Assembly (NCBI GenBank): GCA_038523235.1
Contig: JBCBJQ010000008.1
Span: 1 to 64,000 of the forward strand
DNA: 64,000 nt
From: Cyanobacteria bacterium J06626_4
GTDB lineage: Bacteria > Cyanobacteriota > Cyanobacteriia > Phormidesmidales > Phormidesmidaceae
Direction of reading: 5' to 3'
Shown in pieces: positions 58,326 to 64,000 of the stretch. The translations under genes were made by a program, and so were the position numbers. Under the pieces are notes generated by a model. The model had not been told where the DNA came from, did not search any database, and worked only from the letters and a program-made list of their open reading frames with translations. Position 1 is the first letter of the stretch; each line of letters opens with the position of its first letter.

Positions 58326-59606
58326 TTATTGGGTTTTGGGCTGGCTAGTCGCGATCGCCTGCAACTGAGAACTAAAACAGCCTCCAATGCCTACTAGCAG
58401 CATTGCTATCGCACAGGTCGCGTACAACACCGCCATGCCTGCACCGGTCTCACTGCCAAAACTGGGGGTCAACCAGCCCGTCAACCAACCCCCAGGCATC
58501 ATGGCAGGCTCTAGAATCTGATCGGCTAACGGGCCAGCCAGCAGCACCGCGATCGCACTCACCCCTTGCAGCACCAAATCGTTAGCCGCAAAGACCCGTC
58601 CCTGATATTCCGGCTTAATCTGAGTCATCCACAGGGCCGTTTCTGAACTGCCCAGCAGCGGAAAGTTCAGAGAGGAGCAAAACTGGGCAGGAATCCAGAT
58701 GGCGGGCGATCGCCCCAGTCCAAACACGGTTTTGCTCAAGCCTGCCCCAATGAAGCCTGCCAACATGCCATTGACCCGGCGTTTGGGGCCACCCCAGACG
58801 CTGAGCAAAATCGCCCCGGTGACACCACCAATGCCGGCCGCTGAAGCGGTACTAGCTAAGATCTGGGCACTGCCGTTGGTACGAGCCAAAATCATCGGGT
58901 CATAGACCGCTCCCCCCAAATCGTGGAAAAACCAAAAGGCTGTGGTGATCAGCAAGAGCGATCGCAACCCTGTTTTTTGCCAGACGTAGCGAAAACCAAA
59001 GGTGAGTTTAGCCCAGAGGGATTCTCGTTCGGTCGTTTTTTGGCGTGGAGGCTGAGGAATGCGGATAGCGCAGAGCGTGGAGATCGCCACCCCAAACGTC
59101 ACTAAATCAATCAGCAAAATGCCCATGATTCCAATCAGTGGATATAACACTCCTGCCAAAGCTGGACCAAAAATTGCCGAGCCATAATGAACGGCTGAAT
59201 TCATGCTGTTAGCTCGCGTGAGCTGACGCGGTGGCACCAACGAAGAAATGGAAGCTTTGTAGGCCAAGCTTTGAATTTGTCCGAAGCCGCCATTTAAGCT
59301 GGCGGCCAGGTAAAGATGCCAAATTTGTAGACTATCGGTGAAAAACAGGATGCCAATACCAATGGTTGCAAGGGCAGCAATGCTGTCTCCGAGCATCATT
59401 AAATATTTGCGATTAAAGAGATCGACAATCAGCCCTGCAAACAGAGTGACCGGTATGCGCAACAGTTGAGAAAAAAAGCCCACCAGCGCTAGAGCAGTTG
59501 CCGAGCCAGTAACTTCCCAAGCCCACAGGGTCAGGGCAAATTCGGTCATGTAGCTGCCGATGGTCGAAACCAGCTGACCGAACCAGATTAAAGTAAAGGT
59601 GCGCAT
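58326..59606 (-). CDS. MFS transporter
   Basis: MRTFTLIWFGQLVSTIGS, QGRVFA; paralog of the gene at 44297. Confidence 0.92.
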   Translation of the reverse strand: MRTFTLIWFGQLVSTIGSYMTEFALTLWAWEVTGSATALALVGFFSQLLRIPVTLFAGLIVDLFNRKYLMMLGDSIAALATIGIGILFFTDSLQIWHLYLAASLNGGFGQIQSLAYKASISSLVPPRQLTRANSMNSAVHYGSAIFGPALAGVLYPLIGIMGILLIDLVTFGVAISTLCAIRIPQPPRQKTTERESLWAKLTFGFRYVWQKTGLRSLLLITTAFWFFHDLGGAVYDPMILARTNGSAQILASTASAAGIGGVTGAILLSVWGGPKRRVNGMLAGFIGAGLSKTVFGLGRSPAIWIPAQFCSSLNFPLLGSSETALWMTQIKPEYQGRVFAANDLVLQGVSAIAVLLAGPLADQILEPAMMPGGWLTGWLTPSFGSETGAGMAVLYATCAIAMLLVGIGGCFSSQLQAIATSQPKTQ

Positions 59607-59707
59607 AAAGCATCATCCCGACCAGACTGGCAGGGAGTACAGTCAGGTCTGACATTGCCCCAGCGGCAGTTTGATGGAGTACTGATAAACGACAAGACGG
59701 CGCTAGC

Positions 59708-60577
59708 TTGAAAACCGACAGCCTCTTCTACGAGATCTTTCAAACCGATCCGAATATCGTCTTTGACTTGATGGGTAGACCTCCGACAAGAGATGTCACG
59801 TATCGCTTTGCCTCTGAGGAAGTCAAGCAAACCAGCTTCCGGATTGACGGCATCTTGGTACCCCCCACCGACGCCGCTGACTTGCCCATCGTCTTTGTGG
59901 AGGTTCAGGGCTATCGAGACCAGAAAAATGTTTTGTACTCCAGTTTCTTTGCCCAAATTTTCTTGTATTTGCATGATTATCAACCGCCAAATGATTGGTA
60001 TGCCGTGCTAATTTTCACCAGGCGCACGCTCGATCCTGGTTTGCCCAGACACCATCGGGTGTTTGAGGGGAGCCTGCAGTTTCAGCAGATTTATCTGGAT
60101 GAACTCAACGAAGCAACTGATCTTTCCCTGGGACTGAAGCTGCTGCGGCTGATTGGTTTAGAACAGAATGCAGCTCCAGCGGAGGGCAGGCAATTGGTTG
60201 AACAAACTCGTCGAGAAGTTGATGATGCTGAAGTCCAACAAAAATTCATAGAATTAATAGAGACGATCTTGGTCTATAAGTTTTCTGAGCTGAGCCGCGA
60301 GGAGATTATCGCCATGTTGAAATTAGATGACCTCAAACAAACGAGAGTTTATCGAGACGCTCTAGAGGAAGGCCGTCAGGAAGGCCGCCAGGAAGGTCGT
60401 CAGGAAGGCCGCGAGGAAGGCCGCGAGGAAGGCAAACTGGCGGCGGTGCCGTTGCTGCTGAGGGCGGGGATGACGGTGGAGCAGATTGCGGAGCAGTTGC
60501 AGGTAGATTTGGCGGCGGTGCGGCAGGTGGCGGCAGAGGATGCTGGGTCAGGGTTGGGGGAAGGTGAGGGAAGGTGA
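59708..60577 (+). CDS. Rpn family nuclease / putative transposase (DUF2887-type)
   Basis: KTDSLFYEIFQ, EVKQTSFRIDG, FVEVQ, LKQTRVYRDALEE and EGRQ repeats. Confidence 0.9.
   Translation: MKTDSLFYEIFQTDPNIVFDLMGRPPTRDVTYRFASEEVKQTSFRIDGILVPPTDAADLPIVFVEVQGYRDQKNVLYSSFFAQIFLYLHDYQPPNDWYAVLIFTRRTLDPGLPRHHRVFEGSLQFQQIYLDELNEATDLSLGLKLLRLIGLEQNAAPAEGRQLVEQTRREVDDAEVQQKFIELIETILVYKFSELSREEIIAMLKLDDLKQTRVYRDALEEGRQEGRQEGRQEGREEGREEGKLAAVPLLLRAGMTVEQIAEQLQVDLAAVRQVAAEDAGSGLGEGEGR
60368..60433 (+). repeat. 12-nt tandem repeat encoding (EGRQ/EGRE)n
   Basis: GAAGGCCGTCAG-like units, about 5.5 copies. Confidence 0.85.
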
Positions 60578-60691
60578 TTGTCCTCATGTCTGCGGTTGAT
60601 CGCAGATGAAATAGCGAGATGTGGCAAGTGCTGGACCAGCCTGATTTGAGCATGCAAGATGGCATGAGAATCTGCTAAAAATGAGTTCGCG

Positions 60692-61810
60692 CTATTGAGC
60701 AGCTTGCGATGGTGTATCGACTAAATACTTAAACAAATCGTCGAGGACCAAATTAGCGGCGGTCGGTCCTATGCTGATCCAGCGACTAGGAACCTCGTAA
60801 ACTTTGTCTTGCTGTACCGCGTTAAGTTTTAACCACAAAGGGTCTGCTTTTAGCTCTTCTAAAGTGGTTTGAGACTCCTGAGCCATTTCTTCGTCCGACC
60901 CCGCTGTCCAGACAAAGATGACATCGCTATCTTCCTTGTGAAGCAGTTCCTTGCTAATCGATACGCTGCCTAATTCTCCAAAAAACTCTTCTGTATGGTG
61001 GTCGGGGCGTGAGAAACCCGCATCCGCCACTACCGCTCCGCAAGGAGTCTCTTCGAGGTAAATCAAAATTCTGCCGCCAAAGACGGACACGATTGAAACT
61101 TCTGTCTGCTGAAGACGATCGCCCATCTGTGCCTGAAATTCTTTAATTCGGGCATCGTAATCCGTCAAGATCTGTTGTGCCTTATCAGTCTTTCCAAGAG
61201 TTTCTCCATACATGTTCAATAACTTTTTCCAACCCTCTCTAAATTCCCATTCATGCAGTACAGTTGGCGCGATTTTCGACAATTGCTCGTAGTTTTTTCG
61301 ATCAAGGTAATCAACCCCCAATATTAAGTCTGGATTGAGAGCGACAATTGTCTCCAGATCAGGACTACCAGCATCACCGACATCTTCAACGCTTGCTGTT
61401 TTATTTTTTAGGTAAGAATAATCTTTTCGACCGGATTCAGTGCTACCGATAGGTTTAATCCCTAATGATAATAAGGTATCAAAGCCGACACCGAGAACAA
61501 CAATTCGCTGAGGATTGAGTGGAACGCAGACCTCTCCCGAGGAGTGTCGTACCAGGCGACACTCAGATGAGGATATTTGAGCATCAATTGATGACTGGTT
61601 TTGGTTGATTGAGCTACCGGCACAGGCTGAGACGACCGCTACAGTAAGTAAGACCAACAGATACTGGCTGATCCATTTAAGTCTTTTCTTTTGTACTCCG
61701 CTTAGCCCCTTTCTACAATCACTTGGGTTCAATCTTCGGAGTATATCTTTAAGGGAGACGCTGCACGAACGCTTAGATCGCCTTATCCAATTATTGATAA
61801 ATCTGTTCAT
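60692..61810 (-). CDS. Iron-siderophore ABC substrate-binding lipoprotein
   Basis: VSAC lipobox, PQRIVVL, NPDLILG, LSKIAPTV, DPLWLKLNAVQQ. Confidence 0.9.
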   Translation of the reverse strand: MNRFINNWIRRSKRSCSVSLKDILRRLNPSDCRKGLSGVQKKRLKWISQYLLVLLTVAVVSACAGSSINQNQSSIDAQISSSECRLVRHSSGEVCVPLNPQRIVVLGVGFDTLLSLGIKPIGSTESGRKDYSYLKNKTASVEDVGDAGSPDLETIVALNPDLILGVDYLDRKNYEQLSKIAPTVLHEWEFREGWKKLLNMYGETLGKTDKAQQILTDYDARIKEFQAQMGDRLQQTEVSIVSVFGGRILIYLEETPCGAVVADAGFSRPDHHTEEFFGELGSVSISKELLHKEDSDVIFVWTAGSDEEMAQESQTTLEELKADPLWLKLNAVQQDKVYEVPSRWISIGPTAANLVLDDLFKYLVDTPSQAAQ

Positions 61811-61918
61811 TGGTAAACGCCATGAGCAAAGAGCATAATAGAGTAAAGGAATGGGCGGAAGCATAAGAGTTAACAAGAAAAGAATAAATCCCTTTCTGCG
61901 CTCTGCCTTGTGTCTTTA

Positions 61919-64000
61919 TTAAAACTCCACTGAAATTGAGCCGAGCACTGTAAAAGGCGCACCAGGAATAACTCCTTGTCTACCTGCCGTACCTTCAATG
62001 AATTGGGAATCAAAGAGATTTTGAAAATTCAGGCCGAACCGATAGTTATCTCGCTCATAGGAAATTGCCGCATCGACACGAGTGTAGCCATCAACAAAGA
62101 AAGAATTGTCCAGGTCTCCCGCCCGTTCGCTGACATAAAATAAGCCTGCGCCAAATCCTAAACCGGCCAAACCACCCTCTTGGATAGTGTATTTTGTCCA
62201 CAGGTTAAAATTGTGTTCTGGCACGTTGACCAGGCGATTGCCTTCAGGAATATCATTGTCCTCTGTCACCTCCGCATCGGTGTAGGCGTAACCGGCAAAA
62301 ATATTCCAGCCCGGTAAGATTTCCCCTTGTATATCCAATTCAATGCCTCGACTTCTTTGTTCCCCTGTTTGTATATCAAACCCAGGATTATCGGGGTCTG
62401 ATGTCGTTACATTCGTGAGGGTCGTGTCATAGAAAGCCAGCGTTGAAAAAAGACGGCCTGGGATGATGTCAGTTTTCACCCCAACTTCAAACCCCGTTCC
62501 CCGTTGGGGGTCAAATGGCTCGTTATCAACATTTCTTCCACCTACAGGAGTAAAAGAGCGGGTATAGCTAGCATAGAGAGAAACGGGCTCGACAGGACGA
62601 TAGACAATGCCAACGCGAGGAGAAAACGCATCTGCATTCGTTTCTGACAATTCTTCGTCAGGATTTCCTGCCTCTTGATTAAAAGTATCAAATCTCCCAC
62701 CAACAACTAGCTGAAGATTGTCCAAGATAGCGATTTGGTCTTGTAAATAAATTCCAAACGACTCTCTCCTTAGGTCAAAAGACTCAAGAGGTGAAAATTC
62801 TTCTTCAAAAGTAAATTCTGTTGCAGGATTAAAGATATCAACGGTTGCCCCCCCTCTGTCTCTGAACGTAGCTTCCCGAGATTGATAGGCATATTCCAAG
62901 CCAAATAAGAGCGTGTGCTCGATCGCGCCCGTATTGAACTCAGCAATTAAGTCATTTTGAATAGCAAAAGTTTCAGCAGGCGCACTGAGCACATCTTCAT
63001 CTACAGGAAAATTGCGGTCATCTTCCGACGGACCATCAATTTGTATGTTCCTTGGTTCTTCTTCACTGGTGGTTGTATAGCGTAGAAGTGAGCGTAGAGA
63101 TAGATTGTCGTTAAAACGATGGTCGAGATAGAGTTCGGTGCGGGTTTCTTCAAACTCAGATGGAGTATCGGGATCGCCTAGAAAGGTATCAAAGGGAATA
63201 TCGGCAACTTCGTCGTCGCTTAAAATCACCAGTCCCTGATCTTGTGGTCGAGTGTCATTTAAGTAAGAGAACTCCAAAGTTAACTCTGTGTTGTCACTAA
63301 TTTCCCAAGACAACGTTGGCGCGATAAAAAAACGTTCGGTATCTACGCCATCACGGAAGCTACCGGCATTTTCATAAGCCGCGTTTAAGCGATAGGCTAG
63401 GCTGCCGTCTGCCGTTAACGGTCCAGAGAAATCTAGAGTCGGACGGGTAAAATCAAAGCTCCCCATCGTAAATCCAACTTCGTAAAACGGTTCGCGCAGC
63501 GGCTGCTTGGTCACAAAGTTGATAATGCCCGATGGTTCGGCACGTCCGAATAGAACAGATGCGGGTCCTTTCAGTACTTCCACGCGCTCGATGTTAGCTA
63601 ACTCCACTGCGGTACGAGACGAGAAGAGAAAATCACCACGAAAGCCATTGCGAAACGCCTCTGCAGTGAAACCTCGAAGAATAAATCGTTCCTGGCGACC
63701 TGTAGCTGAGTTTGCGAAGCTAACACCACTAGCATTTCGTACGATGTCACGTACGTTAGTCGCCCCCTGGTCCCTGATCACCTGCTGCGGTATCACCTGA
63801 ATCGAAGAAGGCGTATCGCGAATATCCACACCCGTTCTCAGCGTACTCGGCGCATTAGGCACAAAGTAATCAGAGCCCGCCTCTTCTCCAGTCACCACCA
63901 CTTGAATCGCGTCATCATCAGCATCGGTGGCGGTGGCAACTCCCGGCGTTACGCTTAGCACCAGGGTGCCCGCATCAGCACTAATCTGCGCCTGCGGCAC
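61919..64000 (-). CDS. TonB-dependent siderophore receptor (5' end outside window)
   Basis: IQVVVTG, ERVEVLKGPASVLFG, C-terminal VEF. Confidence 0.94.
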   Translation of the reverse strand: MPQAQISADAGTLVLSVTPGVATATDADDDAIQVVVTGEEAGSDYFVPNAPSTLRTGVDIRDTPSSIQVIPQQVIRDQGATNVRDIVRNASGVSFANSATGRQERFILRGFTAEAFRNGFRGDFLFSSRTAVELANIERVEVLKGPASVLFGRAEPSGIINFVTKQPLREPFYEVGFTMGSFDFTRPTLDFSGPLTADGSLAYRLNAAYENAGSFRDGVDTERFFIAPTLSWEISDNTELTLEFSYLNDTRPQDQGLVILSDDEVADIPFDTFLGDPDTPSEFEETRTELYLDHRFNDNLSLRSLLRYTTTSEEEPRNIQIDGPSEDDRNFPVDEDVLSAPAETFAIQNDLIAEFNTGAIEHTLLFGLEYAYQSREATFRDRGGATVDIFNPATEFTFEEEFSPLESFDLRRESFGIYLQDQIAILDNLQLVVGGRFDTFNQEAGNPDEELSETNADAFSPRVGIVYRPVEPVSLYASYTRSFTPVGGRNVDNEPFDPQRGTGFEVGVKTDIIPGRLFSTLAFYDTTLTNVTTSDPDNPGFDIQTGEQRSRGIELDIQGEILPGWNIFAGYAYTDAEVTEDNDIPEGNRLVNVPEHNFNLWTKYTIQEGGLAGLGFGAGLFYVSERAGDLDNSFFVDGYTRVDAAISYERDNYRFGLNFQNLFDSQFIEGTAGRQGVIPGAPFTVLGSISVEF

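Overview
This is cyanobacterial DNA: the HIP1 octamer GCGATCGC is frequent, and it carries PEP-CTERM, pentapeptide, AMIN-TonB, Uma2 and petC genes. It is almost entirely accessory content. A 5'-truncated tRNA-Gly(CCC) fragment at about 29960-30010 looks like an att site and is followed by an integrase-like stub, splitting the window in two. The left part holds a large RTX Ca-binding protein (missed by the ORF track, runs off the edge), nested miniature repeats, a glycan locus (GH2, REC-PAS-GAF-PP2C phosphatase, a small membrane ORF, a triple-DUF3131 protein and a DUF3131 lipoprotein), two large CBS/PAS hybrid kinases (one with a dual-Cys cyanobacteriochrome GAF) and a PEP-CTERM protein. The right part starts with a low-oxygen operon (ho2, hemN, small ORF, FabX-like flavoprotein, NrdG-like radical SAM). 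Next is a sulfide module (Tll0287-like heme c protein, SQR, DUF302, DUF2892, an extra PetC, USP, two rhodaneses, an Acr3-like transporter and a YeeE pair). It ends with an IS1 remnant and a repeated AraC/TonB-receptor/binding-protein/MFS iron-uptake array interrupted by Uma2 and Rpn nuclease genes. The best candidates for an undescribed system are the four-DUF3131/GH2/PP2C glycan locus and the combined microoxic plus sulfide island with a FabX-like gene. All family assignments come from motif recognition by eye; no database search was run.
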